Notes: generated by a model not told the origin, from the letters alone. A stretch of DNA of 64,000 nucleotides from Neoechinorhynchus agilis (GCA_051530055.1 CM121341.1:2718151-2782150), one strand, 5' to 3'. Shown: positions 48,942 through 61,270, counted from the stretch's first letter. Made by a program: numbers and translations.

Positions 48942-49939
48942 ACTGCTAATCTCTATTTGATTAAAACTCACTTTGACCATTAGAAATACCATGGTATCAC
49001 CTTTAGCAATTAATGTTCATTGTGGATGATCAATACTTTAACAGCCAATATCAAAATGCCAATATTTTAGAGAATTATTGTTTAGAAGTCTTCACCCAAT
49101 CTTCGTCTTTTAATAACTAACGACAAAACGAATCATACGCTAGTACTTTCGAAAATTCTTGACAAAACCAAAACGTTAGATCACCGCAGTTGGTACGGCG
49201 CTTGGCGAACTCGCGGATCCACGTCTAGAGTTCAATTTTGACTTTAGCATAATTTGTAGATATAACTGAAGAGGTAAGCAAAAAGCTTACGAAATATTTT
49301 AAAGTAAATGATCAACAACAATCCGAGGGAAATACATCGCCAAACTCGAATCAAATTTACCCCGACGACAATTCTCTGTAATTATTATTTATATCAGCCT
49401 GAGATTATCCATTAATGATATTGGTATCTTAAGGAAGTTCGCCTAATCAACATTAAAATGCTCACCCAGCTGATTCATTAAACTTATAAAACCGAGAATA
49501 ATGCTATTTGACCTCAAATTGAACGTAAACTTAAAAGAGCTTTAAAAAACAAAGAATTCTCGAGTAAAAAAAGAACTTTAAAGTGAACTAAGTCGGGTGC
49601 ACGTGGAACGAACTCGGGAAACTTCATTTGCCTTAGTCTTTGAAAATTGTTCAACTATTCATTGAACGCAAAAACGTTAGACGAAAAAAATGAACCTGCC
49701 AAAAAGAATGAGTCAAGAAATTCGAACAAGGAATTAGGAAAACTAATATCAGAGCAGGATTTTTTGCCAGGAACTTAATCCGTATGAAAATTATTTTTCT
49801 CTATATTTAGTAACCCTAAATTTGTGATTAAAAGATAACAAAATCTCTATGACAAAACCGTTCGTTTGCCTGTGCATTTAAGTCTACTGACAGTGTTTTA
49901 AGAATTTTATAAATTGAAAAATATCGAAATTAGAGATAG

Positions 49940-52800
49940 CGCTCTTACTCGTCATAAAATTCGTTGTCTTCAAATGTTATGTTTGTTTGGCAGCTTCCTT
50001 GATGGCCGCGGCATTGCCGCGTTGGATCGCCGCGCTGATTCGCTGCAACAGGAAGCTGCTGGATCGCATATCGCCGGTGGCATGTTTTAGCATCCCTCCC
50101 AGTCGTGAGAGGAAATAATCGGCTTTTTTTCCGAGACATCCCAGTGTTTCCACCGCAACCGGGATGAAAATATATTGATGTCCATCGAGCGAGTACTTCT
50201 GCCGCTTCTTTTCCTCGCTGAAGCTGGCGACTGCTCCCGCCTTTGAGGTGGCATCCCGTAAGTGGGATGCTGCGAGCGTGTTGTAGCAGGTAAAATCCCA
50301 AACCAGTATTTTCCCGGGGCACCATGGGAGGAGAGTCGCTCCATCAGGGCGTTTACCGTCGTTCCGGGAGAGTCCAACTGGTTCGAGTCGTGCTGGAAAA
50401 CCGGCCGTTGAGAGAGCTTCCTTGATTATGCAGTTGACTGCTGAGTGCCGTGCGTGGCGAGCAGTTGAACGCTTGCAGTCAAGGCCGTGAGTTCCCGATC
50501 CGTTCACTGTCTCACCGCACCGACACGTACATGGGGGCCTGAGAATTCGATGCCCAACCGAAGTCCACCAGCGACGGTGATGGCCTGATCATCCAGCCTC
50601 GTGCCAACAGATGTGATTGGGAAAGCCTTCAAGAAGTCGCTGGAGTGTGGAGCTGAGACTGCCAGGAGACGAGCTCTATCGTTGGGAGATGAGATTGAGT
50701 TAAGAAGCTGCTGATAATACGCAGTGTGGAGCAAGGCAGTCCAACGTTTTTGGGAGTTTGTTTCCGTTGGAACGACCTGCCCGAACACTGACGTCCATTG
50801 AGCGTGTGCTTCGATCAGTTCAGGCGGTGGATCGAATGTGTGGTGGGATGATTCTCAGCACCAGGTCTGAAGAGACCGAGATCGACGACGAAAAGGCAGG
50901 AATTGCTACTTCGGTGGCACTCTGGATGCCAAGACCGCCGAATCGAATGGGAAGGATCGCCTGTTTCCATGCTGTGTCGCCAGGAAAAGTTTTAATGCTT
51001 AAAACAACGTAATTTTGAACAATATTTTAAACAAAAAGACGCAGTTGTCGAAATCCCTGGTGAGCACTGACTTGAAGCATGGAGAAGTCCTCAGAAGGTA
51101 CGCAATCTTCGGTAGCGACAGACATCGTGATAATATGAACAGAGCGTCGTGTCGCGCGATGTGCAAGAGCCTGGAGGCAGTGAGCCGCAATTGATCGATG
51201 GCTTTTGAAAGGAACGTTTCCAGGTTACCGATTGGAGACCCGAGAATGTCAGCTTAGTCGGCTGTAGTTGTCTTTGCTCTGGGCAGTACGGTGAGCAGTC
51301 TCGATGCACCCTCTTGGTCGTCCGAAATTATTTCGCATTTGTCCGTTCTCAGGAATAGTCCGATATCGGCACCCATTTCGAAGATGTTTTTGATGTCTCG
51401 AATGAGCTGGTCGATCTCCCCTCCGATGCAACAGTCGTCGAGGTACCAGATCGACAAATCTGACGAAGAGCTGTGGGCGAGATGATTGATCGTCAATGCG
51501 AACAGCAGAGGACCTAGAGGATCACCTTGTTGAACACCCTCTGCTGATTCGACCTGGAACTCGCCAAACAACAGCATGCTGGACCGGTCTTAGCACAAGG
51601 ACACATACTGGTAGATTTCTGGTATGTGCTGGTGGACAACCTCTGTCATCGCGGTGCGGCATATTGAATTGAACGCATTCTCCATGTCAAGCTTGACCAT
51701 AGCCGTTCCCTTATTGATACCATTTCGACTGTACGCTCGTGCTGAGTGTACAGCCGCCTCGGCTCCAGCAGGAACTCCGACTCCTAATTGAACCGGCAAG
51801 AGTTGATCGATCAATCGATCGGTGGCGAACTGACACGCGACTTGGGATGCCAGTCGACGGAAGGTACAACCAACGGCAATGGGACGAACCCCTCCACCTT
51901 TTTTGTGAAAACGATCAGCTTGGCACCGCAGAGTAGACGCGCGACTGGAGGAGGTACGGAACCGCGGACGATTACGCGTGTGAGCTCGGTGATTGCGTTC
52001 AGCAATCGTGTACCTTGAGCTCCAGAAGATAAACAGGTCAAATCCCGTAAGTGTCGAGGGCTTAAACCATCATGCCCTCCAGCTGACGATGGCGGAAAGG
52101 ACATCAGAGCGTAAGTGACGGTGGAGACTGTAATGGGGAGGAGGGTGTCGCGATCGGACTCTGTGAACAACGGATCATAATTTGGCTTGAAACAACTCCG
52201 TCTGCGTGGAGGGTGCTTCAATTTTAAAGAGTCCAGGATGTCCTTGTTCGGCGCAAGTAGGCGGTCCGTTCCGCTTACAAGTCGAACGGCACCCCTCAGG
52301 TCGCCGTCCTCCAGCTTCTCGGAGCATTTCGCACGTAGTTGAGAGTCCGGGTCGTGAGGAAAATTACGACGATGGCTATGCCATCAAAGATGCTCGACTT
52401 GTTCAAAAGACTCGAAAGCATTGGACCTGTTGCGAATCTTTTGACTGAGCGATTGGTTCTCGTTGGCTTCAGCAGTTTGTGTGGGAACACGTAAGACGGC
52501 TTTGGGAAACGCGAGGAGGTTGAACCAGTCAGATGGTACGGTTGGATCTCGTATGATACGCTCGATCAGGCATGCTAATTTCGAGGCTGCGGAGGACCTG
52601 GCGCCCTGCGGGATTCGTCTAATCATGCGGGTACCGTGTGAAAGCATCTCGATCAGTGCTGGCGGTGGGGCATTCGTGTCTGTGACCACAGTTGTGAGTT
52701 CGGTTAAATTGGATGGATTGGATGAAGACGGAGAAGCAGGCTGAGTTGTAAAAGATGACGTCATTGTCGAGTTGGTACGATCGCTATTCTTTCGTGTCTT
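49940..52800 (-). mobile_element. CRE-clade non-LTR retrotransposon, degenerate (CRE copy 3)
   Basis: RRIPQGAR, GHDGLSPRHL, QLGVG..AGAEA, DMENAFN, GVQQGDPLGP, WYLDD, HGLDC...RHARH, KRPDG, WDFTC, AVETLG, IQRGNA. Confidence 0.85.
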
Positions 52801-53212
52801 TGCAAAACTTTACCTCCGACTTCGTCTCTTGCTTCGGGATATCTACAACGCGCAGGATTTTCGGGTGGATGGCGGATTTTAGATCTAAGTTTTTGTTGCG
52901 AACTTTGACAAGATCGAAATGATGATACAATGCGGTTTCTCTTTCTGAAAAACGAAGATGTTATCGTTTGTGCTGATCGATCTGTAATCTTTCTCTTTGA
53001 ACGGTGAAATGATGAATTTAAGAATTCGGATTCCCCTTATGAAAAAGTGATAAGAAAAATCCCGGTGGTGTAGTTCTGTGCGTTAACCATCGATACAAGC
53101 AGTGAGCCTAAAGTTGCCTTCATTCTGGACTCATCAATCTCGCCTATGGTTCGCCAAGACCTTGCGGCCCTCGATCAGGACGCCGTCAAGCGATTGATTG
53201 ATCATCAGTATA

Positions 53213-54010
53213 AACCTGTTGAAGCTTTAACATCCTTCAAAATAAATATTTTCTTGCGAGAAACCAAAGAGAATTTACTGGTTTTAAATTAATTAAAAGA
53301 CGAATTATACAAACGCATCGATGAAGAAATCGTTGGTATTTCTCAAGGGTAAAATCTCCTTTCGAGGAGAACAGAATCCAAAGTGTTCACGGGTATTAAC
53401 CTGTTGAAATTTTTATAATCTGTAAAATTGAAAATTGTTTTCCCGCGAGAAAACAAAGAGAATTTACTAGTTTTAAATTAATTAAAAGACGAATTGAATA
53501 AACGCATCAATGAAAAAATCGTTGGTCTTTCTCAAGGGCAAAATCTCCTTTCGAAGAGATTAGAATATAAAATACTCACCGGTATTAACCTGTTGAAATT
53601 TTAATAGCCTTTAAATTTAATAAATGTTGTCTGGCAAGAAAACAGAGAATTTACTAGTTTTAAATTAATTAAAAGACGAATTGAGTAAACGCATCGACGA
53701 AGAAATCGTTGGTTTTTCTAGAGTAAAAATTGCTTGCGAGGGGATCGGAATCCAAAGTGTTCACTGGTATTAACCTGTTGAAATTTTAATGGTCTGTAAA
53801 ATTGAGAATTGTTTTCTCGCGAGAAAACAAAGAGAATTTACTAGTTTTAAATTAATTAAAAGACGAATTGAGTAAACGCGTCGACGAAGAAATTGTTGGT
53901 TTTTCTCAATAGTAAAAAAATCATTTCAAGGAGAACACAATCTAAAGTGTTTACCATTATTAATGTGTTAAAATTTTAATGGTCTTTTGAATGGTTTTTT
54001 CGTGAGATCT
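53213..54010. repeat. Satellite-like tandem repeat, 185-190 bp, about 4.2 units
   Basis: aacctgttgaa-like unit starts at 53213, 53398, 53587, 53772 and about 53962; conserved core gagaatttactagttttaaattaattaaaagacgaatt. Confidence 0.95.
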
Positions 54011-54143
54011 TAAAGAAATTACAAAGGCGAATTACGCATACGCAACCCTACAAAACATTGGAATGAAATGATCTGTGTGTGTTTAATTCTCGACTTGAGT
54101 TCGTCCAAATGACCTCCCCAGAAAACCAAAAACGATCGTGTTC

Positions 54144-55273
54144 TTAACTGTCGTTTGTGTCAGACTTGTAAAATTCACTGACGACTTTTTCGGCGCCACT
54201 TAGCCTGGCGAACTGACGGACCATGCAGTGATTTTGCTCAAGAAACGAATAAACATTAAGTTGCGTATTGTGTAGGTATTTCTGGAATAAAAGGCGATTT
54301 TCTTCCTTCAAATCCTCAACTTTCTTTGGCTCCTCTTCATGGTCATCGTCGTGTTCATCGTCCGTTTCAAATCCAAAATCTTCTTCTAATACTGGATACT
54401 CATTGGTCTACTCGTGCGCCCACGCTTAAGAGAAAGAGTATCCAGCAATGGATACATCCTCGAGTATTGGTGGAAGTTCAGTCCCGTCTCCAATTATAAA
54501 ACTCGGTCTAAGACCCACAATATGTTGCGCAATCAGATTCGCCACTGATCGAGCGTGATCATTTCGAATACTTTTCGTTGAGTCAGAGAGCAGTACAACT
54601 GCTGCTTGGCTTCCCACGGATCCTTTTTTGTAAGCATTGTACGAATGAACTAAATCACAAATGAAACGTAAAAGAATCAGATTTTCGAAGCTTACCTTCA
54701 CCGTGAACGTAATGACCAATCACGACTGGATATTTCGTATTTTGTGGACTTCTTAAAACAACAGCATCCGATATTGAAAATGTTTCTTTAAACTTTCCAG
54801 ATTCTACGGACAAAAGATCCATGAGTGGAGCATAGCGTTTGTCGGATGCAATCTTCTCTCCCGAAACAATCACGTCGGAACTTTCACTTAAATGTTCACT
54901 AAGAAAAGAAGTCACCGATGATGTAAGCGATTTGAATTCGGTTGAGTTAGCGACGAAATCCGTTTGACAATTTACCTACAGGAGACTAAAGACGAATATC
55001 ATTCAAAAAAACAACCAACTCGTGCCATCACTGCTTCTCTGTTGCTGATTTTCAAACCGACAGCACCATGAACGGATGTTTTTAGAGCCAATTTCATTCT
55101 TGCGGCACCTTCACGCTTGTTCATCTCCAATAGCCAATGTTCAGCCTAGAGACGAATATAAAAATTTTAATCGAAAAAAGAACTTGTACCTCGTCAATAG
55201 TGTCAAACATCTTTGACGCTTCGCGGCATTTCGATAATCCACAACCTGTTCGTCTTCGAAGTTCCGATAACAT
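54144..55273 (-). CDS. TSFM: Mitochondrial elongation factor Ts (spliced; 5' end may extend to the ATG at 55436)
   Basis: MLSELRRRTGCGLSKCREA / AEHWL...EG / VNCQTDFVA / IAQHIVGLRP / LLFQKYL...VRQFARL. GT-AG introns at 55146-55189, 54976-55019, about 54650-54690 and 54408-54455. Confidence 0.85.
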
Positions 55274-55490
55274 TGAACTAAGTTAGTCAGCCAATGATGT
55301 TAAGGGACAAGAGGTTTTAAGTATATTTTTTTAATTATATTAGGAAAAAATGTGGTTTATTTAAAACCCCTCTACCGAAATTCATCGACTGCTTGTTTCT
55401 AAATCGAACTTGAGGCCGAACTAATGCGATGATCATATCTACAAATATTACATAAAAGTAGAATCCTAAGATAATCATGCCACTTCACCT

Positions 55491-57507
55491 TTACTCAAAC
55501 TCAATATCTTCAAATTTTCCTCCACTCAACAAACCCGTCTTCATTTTCTGCAATCTAATCACACTTTCCCCGCTGCTCGTCTTCGTCGTGGTCACCTTTA
55601 CCTGCTGCCCGGACGCAATTTTGTCCATTTCATGTGCTTTAGCTATGAGAGATACAACTGCTCTATCAACTTCATGCTTCAGAGAGCGAGCACCGTAGGT
55701 TCGATCGAATCGATCAGCTAAAAGATTCACAACATTGTCATCCCATTCTATCTTTATCGAATGTTTCTTCGATGCTAAATCGGCCCAAAACTCAAGTTCC
55801 CGCACAACAAGGTCAATCACTTGTTTCCGAGAAAATGGGAGGAAATAAACGATTTCATTAACACGGCCCAGAAACTCGTCTCGTTTGAAATGCCGTTTTA
55901 AAATCGGTTTGATAACTTTTTCTTTGAAATCGTCGGAAATTCGGACGTCATCCTGTTGACTTTCATTTCTTAACCTAGCAGCAAAATCGCCAATCTCACT
56001 ATTGGCTAAATTAGACGTCATAACATAGATCGCTTTTCGCCCATCGACTGTTTTTCCTTGTCCGTCGGTCAATCTTCCCTCGTCGAATAATTGGAGAAGG
56101 ATAGTTAAAACATCGGTATCAGCCTTATCGATTTCGTCCAACAAAACAACGGCATTAGGGTTTTTCGATAATGCTTCTGTCAATTGTCCACCTTCCTGGT
56201 ACCCAACATATCCAGGCGGTGCACCAATAAACTTCGAAACTTCATGCTTTTGCTGATACTCACTCATATCGATTCGAACAAACGATGAATGATCTTTTGG
56301 ATTAGCCGAACTGGCCACTTCTCCGCTTTCAATATATTTAGCCACTTGTTTCGCTAGTTCAGTCTTTCCAACTCCAGACGAACCAAGGAAAAGAAATACT
56401 AAAGGTTTTTCTTCACTACACCAGCCACTTTCTTTTCTCCTTATAGCACCAGATACGGCATCGATGGCTTCACGCTGACCAACGATGGATTCCTTAAGGA
56501 CACTATCAATTGGCTTTAGTTTTCTCAATTGCCTAGCACGTTGATGGCGAGTTTCTTCGGCATTTAACTCATACTCTACGAATCTCTTCTTTAGATTAGG
56601 CAGAGCGTATTCACTCGGACGATGACCACTCTGATTATTGAGCAATGGATCCGCGCCGGCATTAATGAGAATATCCACAAGATCGATATCATCCGCTAGA
56701 ACTGCATAATGTAACGCTGTTTGGGACATTGATTCATTTTCTACAACCTATCTTTCATGAACCAATGACCTTTAAATCCAAGAAAACTATTGGTCATACT
56801 TAAACTCTCGTGGAATTCATCCTGGCGAGCTTTGTACACTATTAATGTTTTTGAAAAGTTTTAACGAAAGTTTCTAAAGGTCTTACCGTTCATTGGATGA
56901 ACTTGTTGTTGGTGAGTGACCGTCGCTACGTTCGAGAACTGATCACCAGCGTTCACATCAGCACCTGATTTAAGAAGCAGTTGAACAGCTCTAAATTCAC
57001 ATAAAAATGCCTGGATTAAGGCTAAAAACAAAATTACCTCTTGTTTCTATTGATAGCAGCAGCTTGTAGAAGTGTCCAACCGAACTCATGTCTCTGATTG
57101 GCTGCTTCTTCAAGAGTCAACTGATGTTCAGATGAATTTAAGAGTCTAAAAAAATTAAATAAAAACTCACAATAAACGATAAACTTACCCGTCAAGACGA
57201 TCAATCTGACCGTACCGTATGGAAAGAAACATGTCTTTTACTTAAAAACAATAACTTAAGAGAAATCCGGAAGCCTTAACCTACCCCATCTATCTCTCCC
57301 GACGGTCTTAGCGTTCAATTGAGTTAATAAAGGACTGCTATTTAGGTTGAAAAATCTCTTTTGAATTTCGTATATTCCAACTATTGTCAAACTAGGGTAT
57401 ATCAATTTTCGGGCTGCTGGCGATCGAATGATGCGAAATGGCTGCAAATTATTTGGCCTATAGAATTTCGGCCTAAGGAGAGATATGTACCGAAAAAATG
57501 GTCTCAT
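55491..57507 (-). CDS. CLPB: Mitochondrial ankyrin-AAA+ disaggregase (Skd3/CLPB), spliced
   Basis: Arg-rich presequence; ankyrin exons (FGWTLLQAAAINRN, LLKSGADVNAGD, TALHYAVLADD); Walker A GSSGVGKT, RIDMSEYQQKHEV, GAPPGYVG, Walker B LLDEIDKA, FLGRVNE, YGARS. Introns about 40-60 nt. Confidence 0.92.
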
Positions 57508-57844
57508 CTGAATGAACACAGAATTTTAGAGTTGGGTGGCTTTTTCAAAAGTTGTTTTTTTAGCAAAAAGAAGTCTTAGGCGACGAATATGTACATTATT
57601 GGTTTTTGTGGTAAGAATTTCGTTAGTACTCAAAAATCACGTATGTATAGTTGTGTTCGATAAAAAATCAATATTTGTAAACTTTTCATTCATATCGAAA
57701 TGGAAAAGCATCCAAGTTATCTACTTTGTATACGCAAAAACCATTTTAGAAGTCCGAAATGGGCATCTATATTTTAAACTAAAACTCAACCCACCTTGAG
57801 AATTGGCAATTGTAAAGAAGTTGTTCGTGGATTATTGATTTATC

Positions 57845-57922
57845 ATTCTCAATATTTTGTCCGTTTCGTCGGACTTCTAACAACCTGTAGAAGTCCGACG
57901 AAACGGATGAAATATTGAGAAT
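57845..57922. other. Long hairpin: 35-bp stem, 8-nt loop
   Basis: 57845-57879 is the reverse complement of 57888-57922 except at two positions, both G-U compatible on the + strand. Confidence 0.9.
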
Positions 57923-58142
57923 AATAAATTAATCTCTATTTTTCTTATCACAATAAAATTAATATGTCTGATTAGTTGTAGTTGTGGTGAATTTATCACC
58001 GATATTCTACGTCGAAATCTAGTGTAATATATAAGCTCAAACAATGGATACGCCAAACCCACGTTCCAGGACTGTCACAATTTTTCAATGACAATTTCAA
58101 AAATTATACTTGTGTTCGTCGACTTGACGGAATTTCGATCTT

Positions 58143-58460
58143 TCCGTGGCGGGATGGCAAGTGCCTTCTCTGGGACGCCACGTCCCTCGCAGTAAGCAAA
58201 ATTCCCAACTCGCTAGAAATCGCTGGAGCTGCAGAGGAAGGGAGGAATTTACGAAAATATAGAGAATTAGCAAGGTTCCACTATTTTATCCCCTTCGGAG
58301 TTGAGACGTATGGAGCGCTTGTCAGCTCGGCACTCTGCTCGAGGATCTCTCGAAGAAATTGAGAGAAACGATCGGCGACGCTTAAGAAGGTGTATTCCTG
58401 CGACAAAATATATCGCTCGCAGTACAACGAGGCAATGCTGCTAGGGTGATAGCGACAGCC
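58143..58460 (+). mobile_element. CRE-clade 3' (REL nuclease) fragment
   Basis: PWRDGKCLLWDAT, YFIPFGVETYG and, frameshifted, ISLAVQRGNAARV. Confidence 0.8.
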
Positions 58461-59398
58461 GAGGAAGGAGAGAAGTTAAGATTTTGCGTGGAATGTATAA
58501 ATTTCAGTACAATAAAATGATTTCTAATTGGTTGAATTGAACAACCAATATCGATAGTTTTCATTGCCAAGCGATTTCGTAAATGTGGTTGTACGCTCGG
58601 CATCCCATTGCCCGAGCTTATTTACTTTATCAGGATAACACTATAACGTTTTGAGTGTTTGAGATGACAAACCTCGGGGAAATGTCGGAATTATCCGGGA
58701 CGTGAAATACATAAGTGAATATTTGAATCCGACCGATGGTATACCTTTTTTCTCCGAAGAAAATAATATTAGAAATTTTTTAATTAAATAAAATATGTAT
58801 TTAATCCGGGGTGAGGGAAATTATAATGACCACAACTTTACGGCCCCGAAGGATTTTCTCTCTAGATGATATGACTAAATCAAACGAATAACCCAGAATG
58901 TACAGACCAATGCTTTTATCCCGGAAATTCTACGATTTCCAGTATCGATTCAATTATCGTTCTTAAGAAAAATCGATTCGAGTGATTAGATTTAAAGAAT
59001 CTTATCGATCGTGGAGACTTGATTGTTTCACGAGAAACGGATCAGTCCAATGATAACGCGATTTCAACTCAGACTCATTCAAAGTGCCACCTACGAACAT
59101 AAAATACAGAATGATTGCTCTACGAGCGTTTCTTTCGTTTGGAATTTCCTAAAAACCATTGCGAAGAATGAGGAGCTCGGTTGCGTTTATGCCGGTTTTA
59201 TTTTAATTCAGCATCCATCGTTTTCAACCCTGGTCCTTACCTACCACTTTCAAACATCAAATATTAAAAAATTTCGTAGGCTGAAAATTGTACAGAATCT
59301 CGTTTAAGAATTGTATATTTTTACAAACTACGAACGCAAATTAAGATTATGAAAACTTTAAAATAAATCCATTTTAAAAATTAGCACAATCTTTAATA

Positions 59399-60196
59399 TA
59401 CTTTTGGTGAAAATAATCAACCGGTCATAACCTATTTGATTGATTTGAAATATTTCGAAGGAGGTAATCTCGCCTCATCAGTCATCTAAAAATGAGTTTT
59501 ACACATTAAGGTTTTATGCTCGGGTGCGCGTGATCGCCAAACCCGAAGTTCGGTGACCAATTTTCTATGATTTTAGTGATGAATTTTAACACGTCTCTGG
59601 GGGAAGTTTCAAGCTAAAATTAGCTTTATTTCCTTCCATTGTGTTGGACACAGCGAGCCGCCTTTTTAGGTTTTGCTCTATTTCTATAAAGTTGGTGCCA
59701 CCAAAATCCGCTCGATGCTTGCATGTCTCTCGATGATTAGAGATTGCTGACGAATGCTCAGATCAACTGCATAAGCGACTCTCTTCTCGATGACTTGTAT
59801 CGTTTGTCCGATATAGACTTTCTCACACTGTTCACAGCGCATTCGGTGGATCCCATGAGTCGGCTCAATTCTACCCTTCCTCTTGAATGTGCTTCTGAGA
59901 GCGATTCCTTTAGTATTGTATAGACGAATTCCAACCTTCTTATTCATAATGGAGTAAATCATTTGATTCGCATCATCATCAATGAAGTGCACTCGTTCGA
60001 AGCACGATTTTTGTTGTTATTCGGATAGTTGTTACTGCCTCTAATTCCTCGGTCTGTAATCCATTTGGGATATCCCCTCCTTTTGTAGCTCCTGGACTAT
60101 CCTCGCCCTTTAATCCATGCAAGTCGAGTAGATGAGATAAGAAAGCTCTTCGGAAGTCCCATTATCTTATGACCGAAATTATTTTCACCAAAAGTA
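59399..60196 (-). mobile_element. 5'-truncated Penelope-like element with pseudo-LTR and inverted tail
   Basis: RT C-terminal remnant (GYPKWIT) and GIY-YIG (HGIHRMRCEQCEKVYIGQT). Imperfect ~30-bp inverted repeat at 59399-59430 / 60167-60196. Confidence 0.75.
59442..59487 (-). ncRNA. Putative minimal type I hammerhead ribozyme
   Basis: Minus strand reads agaUGA-CUGAUGA-G-gcGAGauuacCUCcuu-C-GAAA-UA-UU-UCA. This gives both conserved core segments, a short stem II, palindromic helix III (AUAU) and helix I pairing UGA/UCA. It lies 3' of a Penelope endonuclease. Confidence 0.6.
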
Positions 60197-60410
60197 CACT
60201 TTAGTTAACCCGAAGGATTTTCTCCGTTGATGAACAATCTTTAGTGTTTCTTGCATTTATTATAAAGACGACATATGAATGCAAGGAACGCGTTGAAAAT
60301 GAATTAGAGCGTTAAGGAGATAAAAATGAAATAAATCGAGTTTTATAGATTAGATTTTAAAAATCGATCAATCACAAAATATTGCCAAAATCTCTTAAAA
60401 TACCTTTATT

Positions 60411-61270
60411 CAATAAAATGTTTTATCCGGGAGGGATCACGATTACCGCATTGAAGACTCCGTAAGGATTTTCACGTTCAGGTTTAAGAAAGTAAACAAT
60501 TATAAAGAGTTTGAACTCTGGTGACCTTAAATTACCCGGATTAAACATATTTTATTGAAATATTTCGCGAGGAAGCCGCGCCCAACCTGTCGCTGTTTTT
60601 CAATAAAATATGCGTTTAATCCGAGAGGATTGTGATTACCACATTTAAGACTCCGTAACGATTTTCAAATTCAATTTTAAGAAAGTTAACAATTATAAGG
60701 AGTTTGAATTCTGGTGACCTTAAACATCTCGGATTAAACACATTTTATTGAAATATTTCGCGAGGAAGCCGCGCCCAACCTGTCGCTGTTTTTCAATAAA
60801 ATATGCGTTTAATCCGGGAGGAATTATGATTACCACATTGAAGACTCAGTAACGATTTTCACGTTCAGATTTAAGAAAGCAAACAATTATAAGGAGTTTG
60901 AACTCTGGTGACCTTAAACTACTCGGATTAAACATATTTTATTGAAATATTTCGCGAGGAAGCCGCGCCCAATCTTTCGCTGTTTTTCAATAAAATATGC
61001 GTTTAATCCGAGAGGATTGTGATTACCACATTTAAGACTCCGTAACGATTTTCAAATTCAATTTTAAGAAAGTAAGCAATTATAAGGAGTTTGAATTCTG
61101 GTGACCATGAATTTTCCGGATTAAACATATTTTATTCTGGTAATTTCACCAAGAAGTATCGGTTCATGAGTAATTCTTTTTCAATTCAATAAAATATGTT
61201 TTATCCTGGGCATTATGATCGCATCACCCCGAAGGATTTTCCCTCGATGATGAACAAAGATGTTCAATGT
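60411..61270. repeat. Tandem array of 190-199-bp units with internal inverted repeats; A-B-A-B higher-order pattern
   Basis: Units start with caataaaat at 60411, 60601, 60794, 60988 and 61187. Each full unit has a ~23-bp inverted pair (caataaaatatgcgtttaatccg / cggattaaacatattttattg) and a ~45-bp spacer containing gaaatatttcg. Confidence 0.95.

Noticed and set aside
54408-54455. TSFM intron with short inverted and direct repeats (ctggatactc / gagtatccag) as an introner-type insertion
   Set aside because: Repeats are 10 bp or shorter, only one instance is seen, and chance cannot be excluded.
60411-61270. CRISPR-like repeat/spacer appearance
   Set aside because: The spacers are near-identical rather than unique, units are about 190 bp, there are no cas genes, and the context is eukaryotic.
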